A stretch of 64,000 nt of DNA from Octopus bimaculoides (lineage: Eukaryota), in NCBI RefSeq assembly GCF_001194135.2, contig NC_068983.1, positions 126,211,677 to 126,275,676 of the forward strand. The letters run 5' to 3'. The notes under the pieces were generated by a model that made no database searches, was not told the origin of the DNA, and saw only the letters and a list, made by a program, of their open reading frames with translations. Position 1 is the stretch's first letter; every line of letters starts with the position of its first letter. Below are positions 39,880 through 54,319 of this stretch, piece by piece. Position numbers and translations under genes: made by a program.

Positions 39880-40324
39880 TATTTGGGGTGAAAAATCAAT
39901 GAAATGATTCCTTATGGGGATTTCCATTCAATCGGTATGAAAAATCGATAAACGCATTCCTTATAGCATTTCCCACTAAAATTGGCTACACCCAATTTTC
40001 AATCATATCTTTTACCAATTTTGACGTAATTTGTTCAAACTTGATGCCGACGTTACTTAGGATCCATGAGATCTTTGAATGCTGTAATTTCTCAAAAAAA
40101 AAAAAGAAAAAAATTGATGAGTGGAAAATCGATAAACCGATTCCTTATGGGATTTCCCAATGAAATTGTCTGTAAACCATTTTCAGCCAAACGTTTACCA
40201 ATTTCAACGGATTTCGCTCAAACTTCACATCGGTGCTACTTAGTTTGGTTTGAAACAAAACGCTTGATTAGATTAGCTTAATAATCTGAAGTCAATACCG
40301 GGCAACGCCGGGTTGTACTGCTAG
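39880..40324 (+). mobile_element. Non-autonomous Helitron (3' end defined, 5' end uncertain)
   Basis: Hairpin accgggc-aac-gccgggt (40297-40313, one mismatch), 7 nt, then CTAG (40321-40324) followed by T; internal ~183-bp imperfect repeats. Confidence 0.75.
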
Positions 40325-40363
40325 TATAGTACAATGTATATATATATATATGTATATGCATAC

Positions 40364-40395
<32 letters not shown>

Positions 40396-43201
40396 TAGTT
40401 GACATTAAACTAATCCTCTATCTCTGGTGTCTCTTTTAGCATTTCTATCATATTTTCATCTTATAAGCCTTTCCACTACAAGTAAATTATTGCAATACCT
40501 TCTAACACCAATCTATTTCCTCTACATATCAAATAAAATCTAAAACGTCGGAAGAATAAGTGTCGACATGTTTATATAAACGATACTCTTGATATATGCT
40601 AAGCAACATCCTAGCCCTTCTGAATGTTTATGCTAATATAATTGAATTTTGAACGTGAGAATATTTTAATATATATTCCTCTAGCATTCTACAACTTCGA
40701 GGAAATTATAATCCAGCTGGAATTCGCTTCTAAAATTTGCTCTTTGCTAGTATGTGATTTATTTTAGACACGCAATGAATATATGGCGCAGATGTTTAAT
40801 CTTATTTTAAACATTTATTCACATGGTTTCTTATACGACGCTTAAATGGAACGTTACTGAAGATGTGATCCACGATTGTTGTTATATATGATCTTTTTGT
40901 ATATAATATACATGAAATATTACCAACACCAATTCTAGTTATTCAAGTTCTAAATCCACTGAATCTATCGTGTCTATTATAGACACTTCTTATTGATACC
41001 TAAACAACTATACCAGAGAAATCGGTAATAAAACTCCAGAAAAATTCATCGAAAATATAATATTGTGGTTATAGAATCTATTTATAGATTCACTTAAAAC
41101 ATGAAATCAGTCGAAAATGGTGGGAATATATTATTCAAATGATAGGAGGAATTTTCGTGAAAACATTAATTATATTTTGATGAATTACATAGAAATTGCT
41201 TAAAATGTAACTAAATGATTATGGGTAACGTGTATGAATGCTAGAATATTTAGTGAAGCCAAAAAATAATCGAAAGTTTAAAATATGTATCAAAAATATA
41301 ATACACACAAGTAAGAATTAAAAAAAACCTCAATTAATTTTGGTATATAAATGGACTGTCGCACTGTCTTTTGAAACCAAAGAATAAAGTTCGAAATGAA
41401 CGCGAAATGTGTAATTCATGAAAGGGGAAATAATGATAATATTAGCAAATATAGAAGAAACCAATTTTCGAAGAAACAACCATGCAATTAACGACTGAAG
41501 TTGTTTCTGAGCTCGATATATATTTACCCAGCAATGTATCTAAAACAAATATGAAGTAGTATAATTATTTTTTGAGTGAAATGGGCTATCGACAGCAAAG
41601 AAATACTATTGTAGAACTTGTGAAAAGTATTACATGACCGATTTATCAAAAGAAAAAAAATATGATAGGGAGAAGATAAGTACTCACGGTAAGAAAATTA
41701 TGTATATCGAAAAGTGACTGTTCGGTGAAAATCAATGAAATGTATAAACGAATAAATAGTATGAAATACCAAACAAATCACTGTGTGTCAGACGATCCTA
41801 GTGGTGTTGATTAGGATGAATAACCACTTTGCAAACATGTCAACTTAATATACTGGGAGTATATACACACATACTAATTCCATTACAGCATCCACTTGCT
41901 AAGTGCTATTATGAGGGTTTATGAAATTTAATGTAAATGCTCTGAAACACAGAAACAGTTGAACTGCTGTCAAAATCTTCTCAGGATACGATAATTGTTT
42001 TCGTGGCGCCTTATCCCACAAAATGAAACAGATATTCCAATGATCATCATAGCTCTCCGATCCGAAGTAACCTTGCCTGTTAACAAAAGAAAAATAAAGA
42101 GAAACATCAAATTCGCATTCCAAGTTTCTGGTGCCATGTTCATCATTTTTTTGGAGAAATTATCACCCACACTTATCGAAGATAAGTATTAACTTAGGAA
42201 ATAATCGCCATCCTCCCACCGCACAATTGAATATTCTTCCGCACAACTGAATATTCAGGCTAAATGTAAAAGCATATATGGTCAATAAGAGTTCCTGATT
42301 TGTGACAGTGGTACTTCTGATCCACATCGAAGCTTGTTTCAGGATCTATCGAATGTTGATCTTATCTTTTCTACGATATAGGTTTATACATAGCAGCTGC
42401 TATATCCTAAAATCTTTTGCTGGTGTTACAGCATAACCAAAAATCATGTTAATTTCGCCTTTTTTATTCACTTTGTTTCAGTCAGATATCTGATGGAGAA
42501 ATTGGTCTTAATTTCTTTTCATTTACACCCCTTAATCGGTTTAGAAGAAAATTTAGAACATTAGAATTGTGAGTCAGTACAAAATATACGACGTATTGAC
42601 TCCATTTTCTGCATGGTTAATGTGTTTACATGTGACCACTAGATAAACCCTCTCCAGAATACTTTCCATCAAGTGAATGATCATTTTATATTGGGATGCG
42701 TTCAGTACTATTATATTGAAAAAAAAATCTTTCAAGAAAATTGTATTGCACGATTTAACGGACCATTATATCTATCTTCTTGCATTGATAACAAGCAATG
42801 TAAATATAAAAAAAAAACGTGCATCAACTCTAAGAAAGAAGTGGACTAAAGGAATTCACGGACAGTTGTCTCCTATATATTGATCATATACAAGAAAGAT
42901 GTTCCATGTAGGAAGGTATTTTGAAAAACGTGTATGTTGGTGTTCTATCTTTCGAAGAATGTTTAAACTGTTTATTTCACCAAAAAGCAAGTTGAAGTCT
43001 TTTTTTTTTGGTTATGCACGTAGACACGATGTTTTCATATTACGTAATATATTTTCGAATATGTGCAAATATGTTCTTAATAAAAAGATAAAAAGAACGA
43101 CACCCTGAAATAAACTGAAACTATATTTCATGCATACACCAGCATACAGCAATACATACTTGCAGACATACATGCCACACTCACATACATATACATGTAT
43201 G

Positions 43202-43275
<74 letters not shown>

Positions 43276-43678
43276 ATGGCAATACAAACACACACACACA
43301 CGCACTCATTCACACACATATGTAGATATAATACCGCAGATGGTCTGAGGTTCAGAACGATCCAATTATATCATGCAGAAAAAAACAAAAAAAACAACAA
43401 TATTTTTGCACTCAAAGGCTGCTTATTTTAACCACTGAACCAATGTCTGGGATTAGCCGACAGGTAAAGCTGAATTCNNNNNNNNNNNNNNNNNNNNNNN
43501 NNNNNNNNNNNNNNNNNNNNNNNNNNNNNNNNNNNNNNNNNNNNNNNNNNNNNNNNNNNNNNNNNNNNNNNNNNNNNNNNNNNNNNNNNNNNNNNNNNNN
43601 NNNNNNNNNNNNNNNNNNNNNNNNNNNNNNNNNNNNNNNNNNNNNNNNNNNNNNNNNNNNNNNNNNNNNNNATGTATG

Positions 43679-43722
<44 letters not shown>

Positions 43723-43894
43723 ATGTATGTATGTATGTATGTATGTATGTGTGTGTGTGTGTGTATGTGTGTGCGCGCTTGTTCATACAAAAAACATATA
43801 TGAAACTTAGAGAAAAAGCGACCAACATACCATGTAAAATTTATATTCGGCGAGGAATATTGCTTTCAAATTTTTGCAGAAGGCAGCAATTTAG

Positions 43895-44030
43895 GCAATA
43901 GGGATAAGTGAACTACATCGATATCAGAGTTCAACTAGTACTTCTTTTATCGACCCCGAAATAATGTAAGGAAGATTTCACGTCGGAAGAATTAGACCTC
44001 AGAACGTAGAGATGGATGAAATGTTGTTAA
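43895..44030 (-). mobile_element. tRNA-derived SINE (family B), partial
   Basis: aactagtacttcttttatcgaccccgaaa...ctcagaacgtagagatggatgaaatg. Confidence 0.7.
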
Positions 44031-44371
44031 CCATTTTGTCCGGTGAGATACAGACTCGCTGCCTTAACTGGAGAGAATTATTCACCAGATGGATGAACGG
44101 GCCTAGTCTCCACATTGGTTGGTATGTCACCATCAATCAATTACCATATTCAACTAAACACGTATATATTACTTATATAATCCTTACAGTTAAGGGGTTG
44201 ACAATATGGTTTAAATCAATTTTTATAGGCACATTTGCGTTAGTAAATCTACTCACATAATTGAAATGCAGCGCCATGAAGGAGTACAGTATATATATAG
44301 ATGGACGTTTGGAGGAAAACGCTTTGTGCGCAACCCCTAACATATACACTATTTTAGCCGTATTTCAGTCC

Positions 44372-44438
<67 letters not shown>

Positions 44439-44449
44439 CTGAAATTTAC

Positions 44450-45270
44450 AGAAAAACAAACGGCAAAAACAGGTGTATATACAACCAGCAGGTGTATTAG
44501 TTTGGCGTTCAGGGAGGTGAGAAAGTCTTTTATATTCCGAACCTTCGCTCTTCAACAGAAAGGAACACAATGAAATAAACAGAGAGAGAATAAAGCAAAA
44601 AAAAACATTGGGATTTAGCGGCCAATCATGGCCACTGGTTGGAAAAATGTAGTTGGACAGGAGAGCTAGGAAAGAAAGGGGAAATAAAGTAGAAATTATT
44701 CCAAAACGAGGTGCACGTGTGTGTATGTGAGAGTGTGTGTGCGTGTGGATGGGATCTCGTGACTTTGACGTGTGGATGTGTGCGTGTGTGAATCTGTAAT
44801 GTGTAGGTATGTGGATGATAGTTCGTGGGTGTGCGGATGATGGTGTGTTGGTGTGCAGATGATGGTGTGTGGTGTAGGTTCTGGGAAATGGTCAGTACTA
44901 CTGTGTGTGGAGTGGTGCCATGTAGTGGTGCGGTGGTGTGTGATGTGGTGTTGCCTTGTGTGGTGTGGTGATGAGAGGGTGTAGTATGGGTCTGGGGGTG
45001 AGGATGTGCGGGTAGATGTGCGGGTTACTTTGGGGTACGTCGTAGTGGGATATCAATGAAGAGAGAAGATGGATAGGAGAGAATGGAGGAAGTAGGTGTT
45101 AAGGCAAGAGAGGAGAGGTGGGCTGGAGTGAAAACAGGAAGTAGGTATCAGATGAAGAGAGGAGAGGAGTGGAGTCGGATGACGAGGGGAGGGGAGTTGA
45201 ACCCAGGAGGCGCAAAGTAGCGCAGATAGAATTTTAATTCTTGTTCACGGCGAAGGCGGGAGTCCGGATG
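44450..45270 (-). mobile_element. PLE 3' end: GIY-YIG C-terminus plus pseudo-LTR with hammerhead
   Basis: SRLRREQELKFYLRYFAPPGFNS (R...EQ.LIF.L.T.AP.G.N), a long CA-rich tract, then a hammerhead-like motif at 44527-44562. Confidence 0.7.
44527..44562 (-). ncRNA. Minimal type I hammerhead ribozyme, core variant, probably inactive
   Basis: CUUU-CUGUUGA-A-GAGC-GAAG-GUUC-GGAA-UAUA-AAAG: stems I and II pair and stem III is palindromic; the core has U at A6 and G at A13. Confidence 0.6.
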
Positions 45271-48200
45271 GTTCTTGTGCATAGACAATATATAAATATA
45301 TATATGCGCATATAAATACGCAATATATATATACATATATAGCATATATGTATACTTGGAACAGTTGTGTACATGTATACTCACACACACACATATACAT
45401 GCGCATTTCTTACTTCGCTTTGAAATAAAATATTTGAATAGACAAAATATTTATGCATGTATTTATGGTCATCAATGACCTAGTGTAGAAAATTTGCAAC
45501 GTTGAAAATTCTTATCACGTAGATAACAAATAGCTTTGCTTTCTTCAATATACATATACACATATGCTTAAACGTGTGTGTTCCTACACATATATGAGTG
45601 CAATTTTCGAACTTCTATGAAACCTTATTATCTGAAAGGTTTTCTGTTCTCTGTTCGCCTCACTTTTTGCTCATGTCGTTTATAATTTGATTGCGTCTGA
45701 TTTATCAGAATTATGATAATGCACTTTGTAGCATTATCATAATTTTGTCAGTCATCTTCAAGTAATGTAATTAATGCAAGTAAGTTATGTGATAGATGAT
45801 ATTAGGTGACACAATATCGTATCTGCAGAAGATTCAAAAATCGAGGAAGCAGCTTATTAGATCATGAGAACACTAAGCAGAAAAATACGATGAAATATAT
45901 ATAAGTCAGTAATACCGTGATAAAATATAGTATAAAATACCATTTACAAATTTTACTGAAAACGATAAACAAAATAAGTATCAGGAATATTACGAAGCTC
46001 TACATAAATAGAATGTACATTAATGTTACAAACAATTGTTTTATACCAATATAAAGGATACAAAAAGAAAATATGTTTCTGAAATCTTTAATAACCATTA
46101 CCTTCCTAGAAGAAAAAAATGAATTAAAGGAATTGTCTTCTGTAACTTATAATAAATTACTTTGGGATTCGTTTGAAATCAACGGTGTTCATAACCATTT
46201 TGAGAATGTTATTTTTTCGCTATAACCCATTATGCGATATGAATTTTAATGAATTACGACATGCTAACAAGAGGGAATATATTACTATGAAACTTTTTAT
46301 AAATCTACCAGCTAAATTTCATTTCGTTTATGTTGGACTATAATATTGCTGCTATTTAGTGGCGATTCGATTTTTTTCTTTCAATACACTCTTGATATAC
46401 ATATACCGCATACATGTAAAAACAAGTCCTATGTGTACTATTATTTCTAATAATGTCGCATTGGCATCTCATTTTCAGGTAAGAATGGAACATAAACATT
46501 GACAGATAACTGTTTCATTGACTATATTCTGAGAATTTGACGCTAAATTACACTATGGGACGTTAAACTCTAGGATGCATGAACAAATACTTCTCACATA
46601 TTAAACACTGAACTGTCTCACATCAACGGTTGATCGAGATTTCGTACGTTTATAGAAGGCGCTACGATTAAATTCATCGTTGGCGATACAGAGTTAACCC
46701 CTTCTACTGGCATTTTCTTGTGTGTATATAATGTCTCATACTATTCGATATCTGAATCTTTGTCAGTGACACTGAATATTATTATGTGTTTAAACTAGCC
46801 AATAGGTGCTCGAATGTTATTTCAGATATCAAGTCTAAGTATATGCGGTGAACTAAATAAAACTTTGTTCTAAGGAAGATAATCTTTCTGGATTGTGAAA
46901 GTTTTTCTGTAGTTCATTGATTGATGGCAAATATAAGAATGTGTTTTATTTGTGAGTCCATTTTCTTGTGATAAAGTAGAATTCTTAGCCCAGTATTTTC
47001 AAGAAATTCTACATTTGACACATCTTATCATATTGTTCTTGTTCTTCCTTCGTTACAAGATGCTCCTTTAATCTCACTTGTGTATGACAAATCACTTTGT
47101 AGAGAATTTAATTTCGGAACACAGCACATATTTACTTTCTGGTCCTGATAATATTAATCGAATGTTTAGCTGTATATACTTTCGAGGCTCCTGGCCATCG
47201 ACCTCTGTTTTCAAAATCTCTGGTGACAGTTCTTTTCTTCGCAATTAATATTTAATTGCCCTCATTTATTTTGTTAGCAATGTGGCTGAGTCTTTAACTA
47301 ATGACAATTTGTATCGCAATGCATTACTATTTATGAAAAACAGTGACATTTCTACGCTTCGCTAGCCCCTGATCATCTTACTGGGATACGTTAGCGCTTT
47401 TAACTGGATGTTGATAATTGCAGAGAGGCAATTATTACACATACTTTGACATGTATATTCCATAAACTTTATAATATTTCCTGAATAAACTATGCAACAT
47501 TTGTAAAGGGCTTACTCGTTATGTTTACCTCATCTCATTTAGTTCTTTTCGACGTTCTACTCCTTGTAGTATCATCCTATTTAGGTCCTACTATTACCAC
47601 TTTACGTGTACGGCACTTGTTTGTGCTTTTGCTTGATTGCAAAGCTTTGTGTTTTTTTTTTCATTTGTTAATGCAAAAGACTTCATGAAGTATCATTTTA
47701 CCTCACCATCTCGTGCTAATTCTCATTAGTGTGCTGTCCTTGGTAGGAGTAATGCCTGTGATTTGGTGCATTTTAAGTTACAAAATCATGAAAGCGTGAC
47801 ACATCTGTATGTATCATATATTGTTATCCTCGATTCTCTCGTGATATCGTAATTCATTCATTAAACTTTTCCTTTCATTTCATTTTTTCCTCATAGGGTT
47901 AATCTCTGGTAACGCTGTCAAGTCAATAATCTTTTCAAATGAAATCCGTCGGTAGGTATCATGTTATTTAATTATTGAATTGTACTTTGCAAACACAAAT
48001 ATTCAGTTGTTGACAAGCATTTTCCAGTCATTATCACATGGTAGCAGGGTATCTGCCTCGGCTTATTCGTTAACTACTGCTGATCTTCCCTTCCTCTTTT
48101 CTAAAAGGGATAATATATTCTATATTCAATCTGCAGAGTCTTCAAGCTTGCAATAATTCCATAGAATATCAATAACGAGCATGAATAATGACATTACTGA

Positions 48201-51200
48201 TATGAATTTGTGGATAATTAAAATGCATGCATGAAAAACTGGGAATTGGTATTATTGAGGATTCCAATGCACATGATTCATTTTTGCTATAGAGATATTT
48301 TGAAATTCATGAAGTATGTTACGTGTTCAGAATTTTGAATTATAATCAAAGAGATTATGTTTTTACAATTCATGTAACGGGATTCATATATATATATTTC
48401 TAGTTTATGGATACTTAATATGATTTTAGAGTGCATTTGCCTAATTAATATTATGTAGCTCAAATGTTATATTTCAATGACACTTGATTTAAAGTGGCAC
48501 GCTGCAATTTCATTAAAGATCTACGGCCAAATTATGCTCGCAGTTATTTAATATTTTGGGCTATCTGCCTCAAACGTTTGCCCTGGCACACAACGTGAAT
48601 AGTTTCCCGGTTCGTGTTGAATATGATAACATAAAATTTTCACACTATTCACGGTTTCTAATGCTTGGAAATGATCGCCACATACAGATGTTTATGTGAT
48701 GTTTATGAAACACTTTAACCGGGTAACTGAATTTCTTTGTATTTTCTATAAAACAATTAATTTAAGCATTGTATGGACCCATGGGTCTATTTTCAATTAT
48801 ACATTTCTCTTTGTGGGTTTTCTCTCTCTATCACATTTCACTGATTATCAAGCACAATCTAACATTTTACTACAACGTAAAAAATGCTCATAGAAATCAT
48901 TTAATTGTAGGTCGTTAGTCATTTATATAATTTGAAAGGTTGAAAGTGTGCCTTATTTTGAAGTGGGTGGTGCTTCAGACAATCTTCAGTTCATTCAGTA
49001 GGTATAAGGGGGAATAATTCTTTGAATTTTCTAGAGCATACTAGTAGTTTATTGTAGTACATGCAACGGGTTTTTCAGTATGCCATTCAAATGTAGCTGC
49101 TATATAGTTTTCATAAATAAGTGAAGAGAACACTACATAGCTAGATCAGTTATGTATCCAAATGTTTGAATATAGAAATGAATAACAATCCGCTTTATCG
49201 TAGAAGACACTTCTTTTACAAATACAATAAAAGCTTATCAATAACCACGAATACTATGATGCCTATTGCTAGAAATAATTTATTATTTGCCCTCATATCT
49301 TTCGGTACGGGTATTAGATAATGCAAGATGCAAATCTACTTACACTATCTTAAAACCAAACATTGTGTACGCAAAGCTAGATCGATTTTGGTCATACGCT
49401 TATTCGATTCCAAATGATCTATGACTAAGTAAACTGGTAACGTATGATAAAAGACCTAGACTAGAGAAAGCGTGCCACAGATGAGTTTGCGATTAACGAT
49501 GACAAATACCTGCATGTTTAATCAACGGATTAAACAAACGATAAATTAATTAGTTAGCTTTATAGTTAACCATCTGATTAACAATAAATGAGTGAAATTG
49601 AACCAGAGCGTGTGTTAATTATTATTAGTCTAATAAACCACCCTAAATACATCAAAATGTGTATGAAAGTTCTTAAAAAATATACTGTCATTTATTGTAT
49701 CAGCATAATATATAAAGTGTTATGTTTTATAATTTAGTAAACGTAAAAACTCAGATTAAAATTATTCACATCAACAGCAGACAAATTTCCATCATATTGC
49801 TGAGGACACGGGGACTTAGGAAGAGTCCATGCAAATACTAACGCTTCTATGCTGATGATTCAAATATATATCTTCATTTGTTTTACCACACACTGATTTC
49901 TAGCCTTCCGTTTGAATATGTCGATAATTTCGCCAACTATTCGCAATTACTAAAGCATGTTCGAAGGACGCACCTATTTTTTTACACCAGATGTAGCACT
50001 AACTTCAAGACCAACTCGCGCATATGCAGACTGGTAACACCAAACATATTTTGATAGGACACGAAAGCCGTCTTCTCTCATATTTAACTGCTTATGTAGA
50101 TGATTGACACAGGTATATATGGGTACATAAAAAGAAGAATACACAGCCAGCTGGCTAATTCGTTTGAGGAGTCGTCGATAGATAGGCAGCTGCAGTCAAC
50201 ACCGGTAAAGAAATTATAAATTCCATTTATATAAAGATAGAAGTGACAATGATTTCCAAGAATCTCTCATTCATTTTCTGGATGCATGCACGTACATATA
50301 TATACATCCTTTTAGATGTACAATTACAACACCATAGCCATATTAAAAAATACAGAGACGCAGGTATGTTGGTAAGTAAACGTAGGTTTAATTCAATAAT
50401 ACAGTGTCTGGCAATTATTTCGTCTACGAATGTAGTGACAAACACGAAGAAAATAATCTTATAAAATTACGATTATACATGACTTACTAATTTCTTCTTA
50501 ACATCTGAAGTAGACTATGACTAAATCATATTCTTTATTTACTTTGATTTTTGTTTTTGTAGCTCTTGTACGTTTTGTAATAATCAATGCTACTTTTATG
50601 TTTTCTGAAATATGAGACAAATGTAAAATCTTCCAGCAGTCATACTTTCTCCAGCTGTAACAAACTCGTTATAAAGGTCACCGAAATGTTTCCAAACTAA
50701 ACGTTCTGTTTTTTTCTTTTAATTTCTTCTTCTATGTCAATCGATGATCAAACATTTTAGCTTTCTTTGTAGAAAAAATGTATTCAGTATTTTTCTAAAC
50801 TACAGCATGAGTACTTTTTAATATGGTTGCTACACTTAAATCTACTTAACTCATGGCTGATTAAGTTCATATAATTGTTAATTTGCTCTCCCGAGACAAC
50901 AGCTAATTAAATTTCCAACTCCAGATTCAAGAACCTTTTAACGATTTTGTTTGTATGATAATTATCTTAGAATATTAATGTAAAGTTCCTCATTGCATAA
51001 TCCGCTATTAAATTTTGAAAATAATACAAATAATCTAAGATGATAATAGCTATACATAGATTGTATCCAATTATTATACCAGCGCTATGGCAAATTGCCT
51101 ACTAAATGGTTGAGATAGTTTTGAGATCATTCTTAATTTTCTTTGCCGGCACTTTTCTATCAGTCAGAAAAAATATCAGCATACATAGTAGGTAATGTGG

Positions 51201-51699
51201 TTGTGTTTAGGAAGAAATTTATCAAAGTTTGATATACATAACGTCGCGAAATTCAAGCCATCATTGAGAGTTCATAGCCTTTCTGCTTCTTATGTGCATA
51301 ACAAAACATAATCTCAGCGGTCTAGGCGAACAGAAAAGTATGCAAGGAGGTTTCCTGATGAATATAAGAATTATATTACAGATTCTGAATACAACTTGAG
51401 CATGGTTCTATGTATGGTTTCCATTTGCTGGACATCGTTAAAAAGACTGTCTTCTTCCACAGTTAAGTGTAGCCAATTTTGTCGTTTTCACATTGAATTT
51501 CTACGCTTCTATTTCCGAAGTGCCCGACAACATGACAGTGATATCATTCGTGTGTGCCTATAGGCTTCTCTTGTGGCCCAGTTCAAGCGAGATACAAACG
51601 AAAACACTCCCTCCTCCAAGGGAAAATCCCTGGAACCAATACATAAACCGAGAGTGCGAAGCTTAAGTTGACTACCAAATAAACGCTGCCGTGCTTTGA

Positions 51700-52460
51700 A
51701 GTATTTTTGGCTCGACTGTTTCTCACTTTATTTCTGCCCATTCTTTTCAGGTGTCTGCCTGATTCGTCTTGCTTGCTTGGTCAGGTTCTTAATTTAATTC
51801 AGGGTTGACGGCAAATTTTCTTGCAAATTCACAGGATTCGTTGACAAGGAAACTCGACTTTTTGCTGCTTTCATTTTCTCATACAAGTCGCAGGATCCTG
51901 TCCTCTGTACTAGATAAATATCTTTTTATTACTATAGCACAGGTTTTACAGCAAAGATCGAATTGCATCATTCCTCTTCCTGCACAGCTTCTAGGTAGAT
52001 ACAGAGGGTCAATATCTGCATTAGGGTAGTGTATATTCTCAGGAGTCAATAATTTTCTTGTCTGTCTGCCCATGTGTTGGAGTTCCATAAGATTCTAGTC
52101 AATGATGTTAAAATTTTATTGGACTACTAGTAGTGCCAGAGTGTAATGGCTTCGATGTGATTTTTAGAGCTAAGTTCAGTCTTCAGTACAAATCTTATCC
52201 TCCTATAGTGCTTATTTAACCTTTATAATTCACAGCGGCATGAGATATACCATCTCTTTCGTTTATTCCTAGGTATTAATAATTTTCTTCCTGGTCAATT
52301 TAATGGAAGTTGCATATCTGAGCTTGTCTTTGACAAAAGTTGCTTTAGTATACTTATTGAGGCCAAAATCCATTAGCCCTTCTAATTCTTCATCATTCCT
52401 TGCACACAGCTTCAGATCGTATCATGTAAAAATATATGGTTTATTACATTGTTAGGAATT
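51700..52460 (-). mobile_element. RLE-type (R4/Dong-like) LINE RT fragment
   Basis: NHIFYM/DLKLCARNDEELEGL, DFGLNKYTKATFVK, LKTELSSKNHIEAI, MGRQTRKLLT..HYPNADIDPLYLPRSCAGRGMMQ. Confidence 0.85.
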
Positions 52461-53164
52461 TTATACCCACACCCGAACTTATTCAATTAATTTGAAAGAT
52501 GGATGATTGCAATGCAAAACACGTAATCGAGAGAGGGAGACACCTTCAAAGACGCTTCGTTTCTGATTGATACTCTTGGATTGCCTCATGCCATTATTGG
52601 GATTTGGAAAGAGACGTGTATTCTAAATGGCCATGTTATTTTGTAAGAACCTGAATACAATAGGAAATATATTATATATCTCAAATACCTTGGACGTCCA
52701 TTGATGGGATCACTGTCAGACGCTTTCCTATAGCATATCCATGCCGTACCCAGATGAGCATTTGGTGGGTGGATGTTGCTAATTATCCCGGACTTGTTGC
52801 TGTCATTGTTGTTTTTGTTTTTGTTGTTGTTGTTGTTGTTGTTAAACCTCTGTTAACAGCACCGTATGCAGGTCATTTCCGTTTTCTTTCAAGTATGGAT
52901 ATTTTTTTTTACTATACACCTTAATGGTCGTAAAAAGACTTTATCAGTGGACAAATTAAAAAAGGTATTCATAGAGAAAACTGTTCCTGTTCCCACTGCA
53001 GAACACACACACACACAACATTACAAACCTAGCCCACAGACCCACCTTCACATTCCATAACTGCCATTGGGATCGATCATGTACTGGACAAGGATTCTGG
53101 ATTATTTCTCTGGTTTGTTTACTCAATTTTTGAGAGCGATCGGCCTTATTTTTAGTATTCTCGT

Positions 53165-53614
53165 TTGTGAGAGCAGTCGAGTTTATTTCAGGTGATCTCA
53201 TATCACGATAAACAGCGCATGACCTTGCAGGTGGGGCCCAGCTAGAACTTTCTTCAGGTCGAGTAGCCCATCCCGCTCAAAAGCTCCCTAAATAATGTTT
53301 GTTTAAGGATGTTGAGTAAAACACCCATGTTTCCAAAGGTGAATTATCAAAACCCCAAAGAATTCCCCTCAACGCATGGCTATGATGCTCCCCGACTACT
53401 TCTGCTCATCATCAAAGATGCACATATCGTCAGCCACCGAGGGACATGCTCAACTGCTTAAGGTCAAACAACTGACAAGCAAATCTGTGGTATTAAGCAG
53501 AATATTTGCTGTAGCCCATCTTTTATACCAAGACAAATCAATGTACATGATAACATTTCCAATCAATTAAGATCAGAAGCCATGAGAGCCACTGCTTTGT
53601 ACTGCATCTGGGCA

Positions 53615-53616
<2 letters not shown>
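53165..53616. mobile_element. Interspersed repeat bounded by (ATT)n; class and orientation uncertain
   Basis: GC-richer non-coding block ending gatcagaagccatgagagccactgctttgtactgcatctgggcattt; I recall it as a common octopus repeat adjacent to (AAT)n. Confidence 0.5.
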
Positions 53617-53731
<115 letters not shown>

Positions 53732-54025
53732 NNNNNNNNNNNNNNNNNNNNNNNNNNNNNNNNNNNNNNNNNNNNNNNNNNNNNNNNNNNNNNNNNNNNN
53801 NNNNNNNNNNNNNNNNNNNNNNNNNNNNNNNNNNNNNNNNNNNNNNNNNNNNNNNNNNNNNNNNNNNNNNNNNNNNNNNNNNNNNNNNNNNNNNNNNNNN
53901 NNNNNNNNNNNNNNNNNNNNNNNNNNNNNNNNNNNNNNNNNNNNNNNNNNNNNNNNNNNNNNNNNNNNNNNNNNNNNNNNNNNNNNNNNNNNNNNNNNNN
54001 NNNNNNNNNNNNNNNNNNNNNNNNN

Positions 54026-54257
54026 NTTTTAGATTCCACATTCGAGTTATCTCTATTTCCAGGTCTTTGTATTTTTTCATTTCTTTTAGAGAAACGTTGT
54101 CATCTGCTGGTATTGATACATCAATTAGAAAGCATTTTTTTCTTCATGATCTTTGACAACTATATCTGGTCTATTTGCCTTAATTTCTCTATCTGTGTGT
54201 ATTGGCATATCCCACAGTATGGTTGCTTTCTCGTTTTCTGTGACCTTTTCTGGCGTG

Positions 54258-54260
<3 letters not shown>
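54026..54260 (-). mobile_element. RLE-type (R4/Dong-like) LINE, restriction-like endonuclease fragment
   Basis: [39 protein letters not shown], then LIDVS..D.NV..KE and [16 protein letters not shown] (PD..D..K endonuclease region). Confidence 0.9.

Positions 54261-54319
<59 letters not shown>
54261..54319. repeat. (ATT)n microsatellite at the 5' truncation point of the RLE LINE
   Basis: Direct reading. Confidence 0.95.

Noticed and set aside
42218-42257. ccgcacaa(t/c)tgaatattc repeated twice at 21-bp spacing
   Set aside because: A simple local tandem duplication; only two units and no spacers, so not CRISPR-like.
49830-49885. FYADDSNIY as a CR1/L2 RT motif
   Set aside because: An isolated 9-residue match with no flanking RT motifs that I could recover.
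52555-52660. LIDTLGLPHAIIGIWKETCILNGHVIL as the C-terminus of an RLE LINE
   Set aside because: Only loose resemblance to the QK..LLGTA.ILR motif; too short to support.
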